Shown: positions 11,626 to 22,388, numbered from the stretch's first letter. The stretch: DNA of 64,000 nucleotides from an uncultured Spirochaetota bacterium (GCA_963734495.1 CAVTHK010000013.1:480001-544000), one strand, 5' to 3'. Notes: a model not told the origin generated them from the sequence alone. Program-made: numbers and translations.

Positions 11626-12438
11626 TCACGGGATCCCGCCGGCGCGCCACACGAACCCGAGGAGCGCGTCGGTGCCCGAAGTCTCGCCGTGGGCGACGGC
11701 CTCCCGCACCGCCGCGCGCACGTCCTCGGCCGACCGCGACGCATCGAGCCGGGCGAGGAACCGCAGGAGGTACGCCGGGTAGCTGCCGCGCAGCGCGAGC
11801 GTAAGGAGCGTCCTGCCGCCTGGGGTGGTCCGCGAGAGGCCCAGGCCGACCGACTCGCGGTCGATCGGCCGGCCGCGGGCGCCCCCGACACACTCCTCCG
11901 CCAGCAGCGCGCCCGCCAGGAAGTCGTCGCCCGACGGCGTGAACCCGGGCCCCAGGCCCACCAGGCCGCCTTCGAAGCCCGAGGCGGCCGCGGCGCTTGC
12001 CCCGCGAAGCAGTGCACGCGCCTTGGCGCCGAATGGGTTCGTGTCCGTCGGCACGATCACCCCCAGGAAGCCGCCGGGCACGCCGCAGGAGCGCAGGGCC
12101 GCGGCAACTGACCCGACACGGGCGCGGCCGAGCGCCGGGCGGGATACGGGCCGCCCCTCCCACACCACGGCGCCGTCGAGGCTGACGCGGCCCCTGCCGC
12201 TCACCCGCAGCCCGGCGCCCGACACGGCGTCGCCCGGAGCGATCCCCCCCGGAAAGCGGGGCACGAGCACCGCCATTCCGGTCATGTCGGCCTCGCGCAG
12301 CAGGAGCGACACCAGCAGGCCCGACGGCTCGTCGAGCACGTTGACGGCGGCGGCATGAACCGACAGGACGCGGCCGCTCACCGCTTCGGGCACGAACGCC
12401 CCGCGCGCCGTGGCCTGCACCGCTTCGGGCTCATCCAC
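11626..12438 (-). CDS. DUF2877 / YlbF (AllH)-like protein
   Basis: LVGLGPGFTPSGDDFLAG and HGETSGTDALLG motifs; GTG at 12438 with GAAGGGAG upstream. Confidence 0.85.
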   Translation of the reverse strand: MDEPEAVQATARGAFVPEAVSGRVLSVHAAAVNVLDEPSGLLVSLLLREADMTGMAVLVPRFPGGIAPGDAVSGAGLRVSGRGRVSLDGAVVWEGRPVSRPALGRARVGSVAAALRSCGVPGGFLGVIVPTDTNPFGAKARALLRGASAAAASGFEGGLVGLGPGFTPSGDDFLAGALLAEECVGGARGRPIDRESVGLGLSRTTPGGRTLLTLALRGSYPAYLLRFLARLDASRSAEDVRAAVREAVAHGETSGTDALLGFVWRAGGIP

Positions 12439-12544
12439 CGCGCAGCTCCCTTCATTTTTTGTTTGACAACCAACGGGGCGCGTGTCAACATCGCGGCAAG
12501 CGCATGTCCCCGTGCGCCGCACCCTACAAGATAAGGAGCACAGG

Positions 12545-13925
12545 ATGGCCAAACAAGAAGGAAAGGTCCTCGGGTACCTGCCCGCAGACACGCCGCCCTT
12601 CGGGGCGATGGTGAGCCTGGGGTTCCAGCAGGTACTGACGATGTTCCCGGCGACGGTCCTGGTCGCGATACTGACAAAATTCGACGTCGGTGTGACGCTG
12701 CTCGCGTCCGGGGTGGGCACGATCGTCGCGCTCCTGGTTTCGGGCCGCAGGATCCCGATGTACTACGGGTCGAGCTTCAGCTACATCACCGTGGTCATCA
12801 CGGTGATGAACCTCTATGCCCCGCAGGCGTTCGCGGATAAGAACATCCACTACGTGGCCGAGGGCGTCCGCATCGTCCAGGTCGGCATCGTCGGCACGGC
12901 GGTCGTCGAGATCCTGGTCGGGTCTGCTCATCATGCGCGTCGGCAAGGCGGCGCTCGACAAAGTCCTTCCGCCTGTCATCACCGGCAGCGTCGCGATGGT
13001 CATCGGAGTCGCGCTCGCGGGCGCGGCCCTCGGCTCGGCCTCGGCCAACTGGTTCATCGCGATCGTCACGCTGCTGTTCACGATCGGCTTCTCCGTCTAC
13101 CTGCAGGGCAAGGGCCTGCTCGGGATGCTCCCGATCCTGCTCGGCGCCGTGGTCGGCTACGTAGTCGCGGCTCTGATGGGGATCGTGAGCTTCGGCCCCT
13201 TCGTCGACTCGCAGTGGCTGCGCGTTCCGAGGATCACCTTCCCGGCTTTTGAAGACCCGCGGGCCTGGTCCATCGTCGTGAGCGTCGCGCTGATCGCCAT
13301 AGCGACGATACCCGAGAGCACCGCCCACCTGTACCAGATGAGCCTCTACATCGACGCCCTCGCGAAAGAGCTCGGCAAACCGGCCATCGAGATCAAGAAG
13401 CTCATCGGCCTGAACCTGGTCGCGGACGGCGCCGACGACGTCGTCGTCGGCATGCTCGGCGGCTGCGCGGGCACGAACTACGGCGAGAACAACAGCCTCA
13501 TGGCCATCACCCGCAACTACTCCGTCCCGGTCTTGATGTGCGCCGGAGTGATCGCGATCCTCCTCGGCTTCGTCGGGAAGCTCGCAGGGTTGGTGGAAAC
13601 CATCCCCGCGGCCGTCACCGGCGGCCTCTCGATCTACCTCTTCGGCGTCATCGGCATGCAGGGCGTCGCCCTCATCCAGTCCGAGCGCGTCAACCTCTTT
13701 GAGCCGCGCCAGCTCGCCGTCGGAGCGACGATCCTGATCCTCGGGATCGGCGGCGCCATGGGGTTGCCCAACGGGCTTTTCCCCTTCCCCATCCCGATCC
13801 TGTTCCCGAGCGGGATCCCCGCCATCGTGTTCTCCGCGATCTGCGGCATCGTCCTGAACCTGATCTTCCTCGTGATGCCGCCCGCGATGTTCGGCGTCAA
13901 GGAGCGCGAGAACATCAACTATTAG
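12545..13925 (+). CDS. NCS2 uracil/xanthine permease (frameshift ~12920)
   Basis: GFQQVLTMFPATVLV, YYGSSFSY, PPVITGSV, GTNYGENN signature; many hydrophobic helices. Confidence 0.9.
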
Positions 13926-13955
13926 AGTATGTTGAACGAAGGCATCCGCGCCGAA

Positions 13956-13990
13956 GCGAACGCCTCCCCTCGGGGAGGCGTTCGCGTTTT
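13956..13990 (+). terminator. Intrinsic terminator after the permease
   Basis: GCGAACGCCTCCCC-TC-GGGGAGGCGTTCGC followed by GTTTT. Confidence 0.8.
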
Positions 13991-14000
13991 GCGGGGCGCG

Positions 14001-14559
14001 CTACCGGCGGCGGCCGCGGCACGAGGGCCTGCGGCAGATCCTCCAGCGGGATCGCCGGCTCGCCGTCGGGGCCGTCGACCAGCCGCTCGCGCAGGCAGCA
14101 GCGCAGCTGCATCCAGCGCGCCACCGCGCGCTCGACGGCCTTCGCCGCGTCGTCGTCGCCCGCCCGGACGCGCGCGTAGCGGCGCAGGATCCGGCCGCGC
14201 GTCGCGGCGTACAGCAGCAGGGCAGCGGCGAACACGACGGCGGACGCCAGCGCGAGCGACGGCTGCTCCCGCGACGCGCGCACGAGCGCGACCGCGACGA
14301 CAAGCGCAAAACCGCCGGCGAGCGCGTCCGGGTGTACGGTCCGCGTGACGCGGCGCTCGCCCGAGGGCGGGCCCACGAGGCGGAGCAGCCGACGCAGGGC
14401 GCGGATGCGAAGCCAGCCGCGGAAGCCGGCTTCCGCCCCCAGCGCGCGCGCAGCGGCTCGGATAAATCGCCCGCGGCGCCGAAGAGCGCCTCGAGCGCTT
14501 CCATGTAGATCGCGCTCAGACGGGCGGTCGGCCCGCCGCAGCGGGCGCAGGCGGGTCAT
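14001..14559 (-). CDS. Hypothetical membrane protein (probable frameshift)
   Basis: Two hydrophobic helices (ALAGGFALVVAVALV, LALASAVVFAAALLLY) in ORF 13915..14559; boundaries uncertain. Confidence 0.4.
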
Positions 14560-14562
14560 CGC

Positions 14563-14841
14563 TCATATCGACGTCGTCAGCACCGCGAATCCGAGCGCGA
14601 CCGGGACCCACCACCACGCCTTCGCTTCCATGGCGGGCCGCGCGGCAGGGCCCCGGCGGCCGCGGCCGCGCCCGCGAGCACGAGGGCCAGCCCGAGCACG
14701 AAGAGCGGCCACCTGCGGATCAGCCGGGGCCGGGCGCCTTGGCCGGAGTCGCGCGAACAGCACTCGCTGCGCGCGGATGAGCCGCAGGTAGAAGAGCACC
14801 GCCGCGGCCGCGGCCGCGATCACGCCGAGATCCACTTCCAC
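14563..14841 (-). CDS. Small hypothetical membrane protein
   Basis: Two hydrophobic segments; TTGACA-17-CAATTT lies just upstream of the GTG. Confidence 0.45.
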   Translation of the reverse strand: MEVDLGVIAAAAAAVLFYLRLIRAQRVLFARLRPRRPAPADPQVAALRARAGPRARGRGRGRRGPAARPAMEAKAWWWVPVALGFAVLTTSI

Positions 14842-14872
14842 GCCGACAAATTGAGCGCTACGGGGCGACCTG

Positions 14873-16153
14873 TCAAGAATGCCGCCCGGGCAGCCCGGGC
14901 GGACCTTTCTGAGCGGGTTTCCGGCGGGTCAGCACGAGGTTCAGCAGCACGCCGGCAGCCAGCGCGAGGGCCACGCCTGAGAGGGCGACGGGGTCCGCGG
15001 CGAACTGCGCGCCTCCCACGCCCAGCACCAGCATGAAGGCGATCACCATGAGGGGGCGCGGTCCCGCGGCGTCGACCCGCGCCTCGACCAGCCGCCGGAT
15101 CGCGTGAACGCAAAGCGCGCCGTAGAGGAGGATCGAGATGCCGCCGATGGCGACGCGCGGCAGGGATGCGATCGCGGCGCCCACCTTGGGCATGAACGCG
15201 AGCGCGATCATCGCGAACGCGGCCCACCGGATGGGGGCGTTGTCGGTCTGCCCCGTCGTGGCTGCCAGGCCCATGCTCTCGCTCGAAAACGAGAGCGGAG
15301 GGCCGCCGACCGCCGACGAAAGGACGGTCGCGCCGCCCGTGGCCAGCAGCGTCCTCACGAGCGTGGGATCCCGCAGGTAGTCTTCGCCTGTCACCGCCTC
15401 CATTGCGAGAACGTCGGCGACGTGCTCGATGGCGGCCACGAGCCCGACGGCCACGGCCGTGAGAATGAGCTGAGGAGCGATGCGCGGCAGGGAGAAGTGC
15501 GGCAGTCCGACCCACGGCGCCTTCAGCACCAGCGTGAAATCGACGATGCCCAGAGGCAGCGCGACGAGGGTCCCCGCCGCGAGGGCCGCCAATGCCGGCA
15601 GCTGGGTCCCGCGGCGCAGGCCCCACCGCGGAAACGCGAGCTGAACCATGACGCCGGCGGTCAGGGCGATCCCGGCCACCAGCCATGCCCCCCAGGGGCC
15701 GACACGGTCGACCACGGCGGGCGAGGTGCCGCCGGCGGCCGCCTGAACCGCCACGGGCGCAAGCGCCAGCCCGAGAACGAGCACCGTCGTCGCGGTGACG
15801 TGCGCCGGGAGCAACCGCCGCAGCGTGGGCGCGGGGACGAGCCTCAGCCCGACCGCGGCGACGACGAAGACCAGCCCTGCGAGCCCTGCGACTCCGGCTG
15901 CCTGGGCCGATCCGTGCGCCTTCGCAGTCGAGACCAGCACGTAGGCGAAGGAGTACGAGCTCCCGAGCAGAACCGGGATCCGGGAGCGGGTGACGTACTG
16001 GAAGATGAGGGTGCCTGCCCCGGCGCACAGCAGCGCCATGCTCGCGTCCAGCCCCATCAGGAGCGGGAGCGCGGCGATCGAAGGCAGGGCAAGCAGCGCC
16101 TGCTGGAGTCCCAGGCGCAGGGGCTCGCGCGGGTCTTTCACGGGCGTTTTCAC
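14873..16153 (-). CDS. Second NCS2 nucleobase permease (divergent)
   Basis: GLQQALL, IPVLLGSSYSF, AIEHVADV, TLLATG, GGPPLSFSSES; GTG overlaps the apt stop. Confidence 0.82.
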   Translation of the reverse strand: MKTPVKDPREPLRLGLQQALLALPSIAALPLLMGLDASMALLCAGAGTLIFQYVTRSRIPVLLGSSYSFAYVLVSTAKAHGSAQAAGVAGLAGLVFVVAAVGLRLVPAPTLRRLLPAHVTATTVLVLGLALAPVAVQAAAGGTSPAVVDRVGPWGAWLVAGIALTAGVMVQLAFPRWGLRRGTQLPALAALAAGTLVALPLGIVDFTLVLKAPWVGLPHFSLPRIAPQLILTAVAVGLVAAIEHVADVLAMEAVTGEDYLRDPTLVRTLLATGGATVLSSAVGGPPLSFSSESMGLAATTGQTDNAPIRWAAFAMIALAFMPKVGAAIASLPRVAIGGISILLYGALCVHAIRRLVEARVDAAGPRPLMVIAFMLVLGVGGAQFAADPVALSGVALALAAGVLLNLVLTRRKPAQKGPPGLPGRHS

Positions 16154-16677
16154 TCGCCGTGGTAGTCGACGAGTGTCGTCACGTCGTAGCCGGCGAGCAC
16201 CCGGTCGTAGTGAAGGAACGGCAGGCCGATGACGCCGAAAATCGCGCCCACGCGCGCGCCTCCGGCGGCCAGCAGCCCCGCGGCAGCCTTCAGCGTACCT
16301 CCTGTCGCGATCAGGTCGTCGACCAGCAGCACGACGGCGCCCGGCCGCACGTCGGAGCGGTGGACTTGGATGGCGTCCTCCCCGTACTCGAGTGCGAATT
16401 TTGCAGTCAGCGTCTCGCCGGGAAGCTTCCCCTTCTTTCTGAGGAGGATCAGGGGAAGGCGAAGCCTGTCGGCGAGCGGTGCGGCAAAGACGAACCCCCG
16501 CGCTTCGATGGCCGCCACGGCGTCGAACCCCCTGGACCGGTAGAGGCTCTCCATCCGGTCGATGCACCATCGAAACGCCTCGGGCGTCGTCAGGATCCCC
16601 GTGACGTCGTAGAACAGAATGCCCGGCTTCGGGAAGTCGGGCACCTTGCGGACTGCGCGATCCAGGTCGTACTCCAT
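16150..16677 (-). CDS. apt: Adenine phosphoribosyltransferase
   Basis: PDFPKPGILFYD, IEARGF, RKKGKLPG, LEYG, VDDLIATGGT. Confidence 0.96.
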   Translation of the reverse strand: MEYDLDRAVRKVPDFPKPGILFYDVTGILTTPEAFRWCIDRMESLYRSRGFDAVAAIEARGFVFAAPLADRLRLPLILLRKKGKLPGETLTAKFALEYGEDAIQVHRSDVRPGAVVLLVDDLIATGGTLKAAAGLLAAGGARVGAIFGVIGLPFLHYDRVLAGYDVTTLVDYHGE

Positions 16678-16797
16678 GTCTCCCCCCGGCAGGCCCGGGG
16701 CATTCTACCCGCTCGCCGGCGGAACGGGAATCCCCGGCGCCGGATGCTTGTACCTTCCGCGCCGCCCCTGCTATCATCACGCGGTCGGAGGCTTGCC

Positions 16798-17847
16798 GTG
16801 TTACGCACTCCGCTCTACGAGAGGCACGTCGCCGCGGGCGCGCGCATGATCCCGTTCGCCGGCTGGGAGATGCCCGTTCAATACACGGGCATCATCGAGG
16901 AGCACCTCCATACGCGAGGCAGCGCGAGCCTGTTCGACACCTCCCACATGGGGGAGTTCCGGCTGTCGGGGCCGGGCGCCTTCGCGCACATCGACCGGCT
17001 CTTCACCGGCCGGCTCGACAACCTCGCGATCGGCCGCGGCCGCTACGGCTTCCTGCTCAATCCCGAGGGAGGCGTGATCGACGACATCATGGTCTTCCGC
17101 GCGGCGGAATCCGAGCTGTTCCTGGTCGTCAACGCAGCCACGACGGCCAAGGACCGGGCCTGGATCAGCCAGTCTCTGGGCGGGACGACCTTTCGCGACG
17201 AGTCCGCCGAGACCGCCATGATTGCGCTGCAGGGGCCGAGGGCCGCCGAGGTGCTCGAAGCGCACGCGCCGGCGGCCGTCGCGCTCAAGCGGTTCGCCCT
17301 GGCGCGGGCTACGATCGGGACGATCGACTGCGTCGTGAGCCGCACGGGCTACACCGGCGAGGACGGCTTCGAGGTTTTTGCGCCAGGGGCCGGCGCGGCG
17401 CGGGTGTGGGACCTTCTTCTCGAGAATCCGATCGTGAAGCCCGCCGGCCTCGGCGCCCGCGACACTCTGCGGCTGGAAAAGGGCTATTCGCTGTACGGCA
17501 ACGACATCGACGACCGGCGCTCCCCGCGCGAAGCGGACCTGATGCGGTTCGTGCACATGGCCAAGGACTTCGTCGGCCGCGCAGCTCTCGAGAAACGGGG
17601 GGAGCCGCGGGAAATCCTGATCGGGTTCGTATGCGAAAGCCGGCGCAGCCCCCGCGCGCATTTCCAGGCGCGCGCAGAAGGGAAATTTGTCGGCGAAGTG
17701 ACCAGCGGGGGCTTTTCGCCTGTCCTGAAAACGGGCATCGGGCTGTGCTACATCGCGGCCGAGCTCGCCTCGGAGGGCCGCGAGGTCGTCGTGACCGACG
17801 GCAAGGTGGAGATTCCGGCGCGCCTGAAACGGCCGCCGCTTGTGTAA
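16798..17847 (+). CDS. gcvT: Glycine cleavage aminomethyltransferase
   Basis: LRTPLY, FAGWEMPVQY, FDTSHMG, SRTGYTGEDGFE, GLGARDTLRLE. Confidence 0.96.
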   Translation: MLRTPLYERHVAAGARMIPFAGWEMPVQYTGIIEEHLHTRGSASLFDTSHMGEFRLSGPGAFAHIDRLFTGRLDNLAIGRGRYGFLLNPEGGVIDDIMVFRAAESELFLVVNAATTAKDRAWISQSLGGTTFRDESAETAMIALQGPRAAEVLEAHAPAAVALKRFALARATIGTIDCVVSRTGYTGEDGFEVFAPGAGAARVWDLLLENPIVKPAGLGARDTLRLEKGYSLYGNDIDDRRSPREADLMRFVHMAKDFVGRAALEKRGEPREILIGFVCESRRSPRAHFQARAEGKFVGEVTSGGFSPVLKTGIGLCYIAAELASEGREVVVTDGKVEIPARLKRPPLV

Positions 17848-17871
17848 AGTTCGGCACCGCAGGAGGAAGAG

Positions 17872-18258
17872 ATGGTTCCCAAGGGGCTTTTGTACACAAA
17901 GGAGCACGAGTGGGTGCGCATCGAGGGCAAGGAGGCCGTGATCGGGATCACGGACCACGCCCAGGCCGAGCTCGGTGACATCACCTTTGTCGAGCTCCCC
18001 AAGGCGGGAGCGCAAATTTCGCAACTCAAGGTGTTCGGCACGATCGAGAGCGTGAAGGCAGCGAGCGACCTCTACGCGCCGGTGTCGGGCAAGGTCCTGG
18101 CGGTGAACCCCGGCCTCGAGAAGACCCCCGAGCTGGTGAACCAGTCGCCCTACGAAAAGGGGTGGCTGGTGCGCGTCGCGGTCTCAGACCCCGCGGAGAC
18201 GAAGAATTTGTTGTCGGCGGACCAGTACGCGGCCCTCGTCGAGGAGCCCAAGCCGTGA
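17872..18258 (+). CDS. gcvH: Glycine cleavage H protein
   Basis: HEWV, GITDHAQ, lipoyl motif IESVKAASD, PYEKGW. Confidence 0.97.
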   Translation: MVPKGLLYTKEHEWVRIEGKEAVIGITDHAQAELGDITFVELPKAGAQISQLKVFGTIESVKAASDLYAPVSGKVLAVNPGLEKTPELVNQSPYEKGWLVRVAVSDPAETKNLLSADQYAALVEEPKP

Positions 18259-19595
18259 GCTTCGTCTCGCACACCCCCGACGACGTGCGCGAGATGCTCG
18301 CGGCGATCGGGATCGCCTCGGGCGACGCCGGCGAGCTCTTCGCCGCCATCCCAAAGGACCTGCGGGCGCGCTCCTTCGACCTGCCGCCGGGCCGCTCGGA
18401 GCTCGAGGTCGAGAAGTACCTGCGAAATTTGGCGCGCCGCAACGTCACCGACCTCGTGAGCTTCCTGGGCGGCGGCTTCTACGACCACTTCATCCCGGCC
18501 GCCGTCGACGCGCTCGCATCGCGCAGCGAGTTCACCACCTCCTACACGCCGTACCAGCCCGAAGCCTCCCAGGGGACGCTGCAGGCGATCTACGAGTTCC
18601 AGAGCTGCATCTGCCGCCTCACCGGCATGGAGGTCGCCAACGCGTCGCTGTACGACGGGGGCACCGCGCTCTACGAGGCGGCGATGATGGCCGCCCGGAT
18701 CACCGGGAGGGGCCGCATCATCATGGACGGCGGCGTGAGCCCCATCTACCGGAAGATGATGCGCTCGTACACCACCAACCTCAATTTCGAGCTCGTCGAC
18801 ATCCCTGTCTCGCACGGCCACGCCAACCGCAAGGCGATCCGCGACGCCCTCGACGACCGCACCGCGGCGGTGATCCTCCAGAACCCGAACTTCTTCGGGG
18901 TCGTGGACAACCACTCCGACATCTCCGAGATGTGCCACGCGAAGGGCGCCCTCGTCGTCGAAAGCGTCTACCCGCTCTCCCTCGGCCTGCTGGCGACCCC
19001 CCGGGAGATGGGAGCGGACATCACCACAGGTGAAGGTCAGAGCCTCGGCATCCCTCTCTCGTTCGGCGGCCCGTACCTCGGGTTCATGGCGGCGCGCAGG
19101 GAGCACGTGCGCCGCATGCCCGGCCGCATCGCGGGCGCGACGGTGGACGCCGCCGGCCGCAGGGGCTTCGTGCTCACGCTGCAGACGAGGGAGCAGCACA
19201 TCCGGCGCGAGAAGGCGACCTCCAACATCTGCACCAACCACGCGCTGTGCGCGCTCCGCGCCCTCATCTTTATGAGTCTCTATGGGAAGGAAGGCCTTCG
19301 CGAGGTGGCTCAGCTGTGCCTCGACAAGGCGGAGTACGCCAAAGCCAAGCTGGCCGAGGTCCGCGGCGTCGAGGTCTCGAAGGAGCCGACGTTCAACGAG
19401 TTCACCGTGCGGCTGCCGAAGGACCCGAGCGAGGTCGTCGGCAAGCTCATCGACCGCGGCATCGCCGGCGGCTTCCCGCTCGGCCGCTACTACCCGGACA
19501 TCAAGGACACGCTGCTGGTGGCGGTCACCGAGAAGCGGACGAAGCAGGAGATCGGGATGTTCGCCGAAGCTCTGGAGGACGTGCTGTGGAACTGA
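18255..19595 (+). CDS. gcvPA: Glycine dehydrogenase subunit 1
   Basis: YTPYQPEASQG, NASLYDG, FGGPYLG, REQHIRREKATSNICTN. Confidence 0.96.
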   Translation: MSFVSHTPDDVREMLAAIGIASGDAGELFAAIPKDLRARSFDLPPGRSELEVEKYLRNLARRNVTDLVSFLGGGFYDHFIPAAVDALASRSEFTTSYTPYQPEASQGTLQAIYEFQSCICRLTGMEVANASLYDGGTALYEAAMMAARITGRGRIIMDGGVSPIYRKMMRSYTTNLNFELVDIPVSHGHANRKAIRDALDDRTAAVILQNPNFFGVVDNHSDISEMCHAKGALVVESVYPLSLGLLATPREMGADITTGEGQSLGIPLSFGGPYLGFMAARREHVRRMPGRIAGATVDAAGRRGFVLTLQTREQHIRREKATSNICTNHALCALRALIFMSLYGKEGLREVAQLCLDKAEYAKAKLAEVRGVEVSKEPTFNEFTVRLPKDPSEVVGKLIDRGIAGGFPLGRYYPDIKDTLLVAVTEKRTKQEIGMFAEALEDVLWN

Positions 19596-21031
19596 TCTTC
19601 GAGACTTCCAGGCCCGGCCGCAGGGGAGTGACGCTTCCGGCGAGCGACGTGCCGGCTCGCGCGGCCCTCGACCAGCGGTACCTGCGAGCGGCGCCGGCGG
19701 AGCTGCCGAGCGTGAGCGAGCTCGACGTGGTCCGCCACTTTACGCGCCTCTCGCAGCGGAACTTCAGCGTCGACGCCAACTTCTACCCGCTCGGCTCCTG
19801 CACCATGAAGTACAACCCGAAATTCGCGGAGAAGATCGCCGGGCTCGAAGCGTTCACTTCGCTGCACCCGCTGCTGCCCCAGCTCAACATGGGAGGCACG
19901 CTGACGCAGGGCACGCTCGAGGTGATCCACTCGCTCGAGCAGGCGCTGTGCGAGATCTGCGGGATGGACGCGTTCACGACCCACCCGATGGCCGGCGCTC
20001 ACGGCGAGCTGACGGGCATCATGCTGATCGCCGCCTATCACAAGCACCACGGCAACAAGAAGCGCATCATCCTCATCCCCGACTCGGGCCACGGCACCAA
20101 CCCCGCGAGCGCCGCGATCGCCGGCTTCGAGGTCAGGGCGGTGCCGTCGGACAGCCGCGGATGCGTGGATTTCGAGGCGTTCAAGGCGGCGCTCAACGAC
20201 GATGTGGCCGGGATCATGCTCACCCAGCCGAACACGCTGGGGATCTTCGACCCGAACGTGCGGCGCGTCACCGACCTGATCCACGAGGCCGGCGGCCTCG
20301 CCTACTACGACGGCGCCAACCTGAACGCGATCCTGGGCCGGGCGCGGCCCGGCGACCTGGGCTTCGACGTGGTGCACGTCAACCTTCACAAGACCTTCGC
20401 CACTCCTCACGGCGGCGGCGGCCCGGGCGCCGGCCCCGTCGGCGTGAAGAAGGAGCTCGTGCCGTATCTCCCGATCTCGCGCGTGATCCGCCGTTCGGAC
20501 GGCACCTTCTACCTCCACTACGACGAGCCGCTCTCGATCGGCTACATTTCGCCCTTCTACGGCAACTTCCTCGTGCTGCTCAGGGCGTACGCCTACATCC
20601 TGCTGCTGGGCAGGGAGGGGCTGCTGCAGGTGAGCGAGGCGGCGGTGCTCGCCTCCAACTACGTGCTCGCGCGCCTCAAGGACTGCTACGACGTGCCGCA
20701 CCCCGGGCGGGTGATGCACGAGTTCGTGCTCTCGGCCTCGCGGCAGGCGGAGCGCGGCGTCAAGGCGCTCGACATCGCCAAGGCGCTCATCGACCGCGGG
20801 ATCCACCCGCCGACGGTCTACTTCCCGCTCATCGTCAAGGAAGCGCTCATGACCGAGCCGACCGAGACGGAGAGCAAGGAGACGCTTGACGGCTTCATCG
20901 CCGTGATGCGGGAGCTGGCCGAGCTCGCCGAGAGCGACCCGGAGCGCTTCCACCGCTTCCCCGAGACGACGCCGGTCGGCAGGCTCGACGAGGTCAAGGC
21001 GGCGCGCGACATGGACCTGGCGAAGCTATAG
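19586..21031 (+). CDS. gcvPB: Glycine dehydrogenase subunit 2
   Basis: YPLGSCTMKYNP, AGAHGE, HGTNPASA, NLHKTFATPHGGGGPG, EPTETE. Confidence 0.96.
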   Translation: MELIFETSRPGRRGVTLPASDVPARAALDQRYLRAAPAELPSVSELDVVRHFTRLSQRNFSVDANFYPLGSCTMKYNPKFAEKIAGLEAFTSLHPLLPQLNMGGTLTQGTLEVIHSLEQALCEICGMDAFTTHPMAGAHGELTGIMLIAAYHKHHGNKKRIILIPDSGHGTNPASAAIAGFEVRAVPSDSRGCVDFEAFKAALNDDVAGIMLTQPNTLGIFDPNVRRVTDLIHEAGGLAYYDGANLNAILGRARPGDLGFDVVHVNLHKTFATPHGGGGPGAGPVGVKKELVPYLPISRVIRRSDGTFYLHYDEPLSIGYISPFYGNFLVLLRAYAYILLLGREGLLQVSEAAVLASNYVLARLKDCYDVPHPGRVMHEFVLSASRQAERGVKALDIAKALIDRGIHPPTVYFPLIVKEALMTEPTETESKETLDGFIAVMRELAELAESDPERFHRFPETTPVGRLDEVKAARDMDLAKL

Positions 21032-21745
21032 GGCCGCCGGGCCAGGCAGCGCCTGCACCAGCGCGTCCCAGACCGGGTCGGGCGGAGGCGCGGCCGTTAT
21101 CGAGACGGGCTCTCCGCTGACGGGGTGCGCAAAGGCGACGCTGCGTGCGTGCAGATGGATCCCGCCGCCGGGGTTCGATCGGCGCGCCCCGTACTTCAGG
21201 TCGCCCTTGATCGGGCAGCCTATGACCTGGAGCTGCGTGCGGATCTGGTGGTGACGGCCCGTGTCCATCTCGATCTCGAGGAGATGGTAGCGGTCGGAGG
21301 ATGCAAGGAGCCGATACCGCAGCCTTGCCTCGAGCGCGCCCGGGCGCGGCTGATCGTACGCGAACGACTTGTTCTTTTCGGCGTTCCTCACGAGGTAGTG
21401 CACGAGCTCGCCTGTGGCCGCTGGAGGCGGGTTCGACACGGCGGCCCAGTAGACCTTGCGGACCTCGCGGCCGCGGAAGGCGGCGTTCATGCGCGCCAGG
21501 GCCTTGCCGGTCCGGGCGAAGAGCACGACCCCGCTCGTCGGCCGATCGAGGCGGTGGATCACGCCGACAAAGGCGTTGCCGGGCTTACCGTGCTTTTCCT
21601 TGAGCCAGGCGGCCACGCGGTCGGCCAGCGGACGGTCTCCGGTCTTGTCGCCCTGCACGATCTCGCCGCAGGCCTTGTTCACCGCGATGAGATGGTTGTC
21701 CTCGTAGAGCACCGGCAGGGGGGCCGCGGCCGGCGAATCAGCCAC
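21026..21745 (-). CDS. RluA-family RNA pseudouridine synthase
   Basis: YEDNHLIAVNK, HRLDRPTSG, TGRHHQIR, GDLKYG. Confidence 0.93.
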   Translation of the reverse strand: MADSPAAAPLPVLYEDNHLIAVNKACGEIVQGDKTGDRPLADRVAAWLKEKHGKPGNAFVGVIHRLDRPTSGVVLFARTGKALARMNAAFRGREVRKVYWAAVSNPPPAATGELVHYLVRNAEKNKSFAYDQPRPGALEARLRYRLLASSDRYHLLEIEMDTGRHHQIRTQLQVIGCPIKGDLKYGARRSNPGGGIHLHARSVAFAHPVSGEPVSITAAPPPDPVWDALVQALPGPAAL

Positions 21746-22388
21746 GGGGCTTCTCCGCCAGCACGAAGTAGTGGCAGCCTCTCCAGTCCGAGCCGATCTC
21801 CTCCTTGTGATAGAAGAGGCGCAGGGCGAAGTCCCGCATCAGGTCCCTGACGTCGGCCTCGGCGAGGTAAATGTGCGGGACCCCCGCCTCGGCGCCCTCC
21901 GTCTTGACCACCATGTTGGCGGCGATCCGCCGTAATCGCGGATCGCGGAGCTGCGGGCTCGCCGCCGAGTTGAAGGTCACGAACGCCTCGCCGCCCGGGG
22001 CGAGCACCCGCCGGATTTCCGAGATGATGCGCTCGAGGCCGCGGCGGTCCGTGTGATAGATCACGTGGAAGGCGATGAGACAGTCGAAGGCGGCGTCCGG
22101 GTACGGCAGCGCGTGCATGTCGCCGTGACGCACCGTGACGGCCAGCCGCTCGGCGCGGGCGCGCGACTCGACCTCGCAGACCGCGTCGGGCGAGAGGTCG
22201 TACGCATCGACGGCGAGCCCCCAGCGTGCGAAGAGCAGCGAGTGGCGGCCGAGCCCGCAGCCCAGATCGAGCACTCGTGCCCGCCGGTCGCGCGTCCAGC
22301 GGTGCGCCAGGTACCAGCCTTCCTCGGCCGGCTCCTCCCACATCGCGCGCTCGTCGACCGCCGCCCAGTTCCAGCTGACAGGCTCCAT
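21738..22388 (-). CDS. Class I SAM-dependent methyltransferase
   Basis: VLDLGCGLGRH, GDMHALPY, RVLAPGG. Confidence 0.88.
   Translation of the reverse strand: MEPVSWNWAAVDERAMWEEPAEEGWYLAHRWTRDRRARVLDLGCGLGRHSLLFARWGLAVDAYDLSPDAVCEVESRARAERLAVTVRHGDMHALPYPDAAFDCLIAFHVIYHTDRRGLERIISEIRRVLAPGGEAFVTFNSAASPQLRDPRLRRIAANMVVKTEGAEAGVPHIYLAEADVRDLMRDFALRLFYHKEEIGSDWRGCHYFVLAEKPRG

Noticed and set aside
16680-16797. Glycine riboswitch before gcvT
   Set aside because: Only ~120 bp, occupied by divergent promoters; no aptamer motif.
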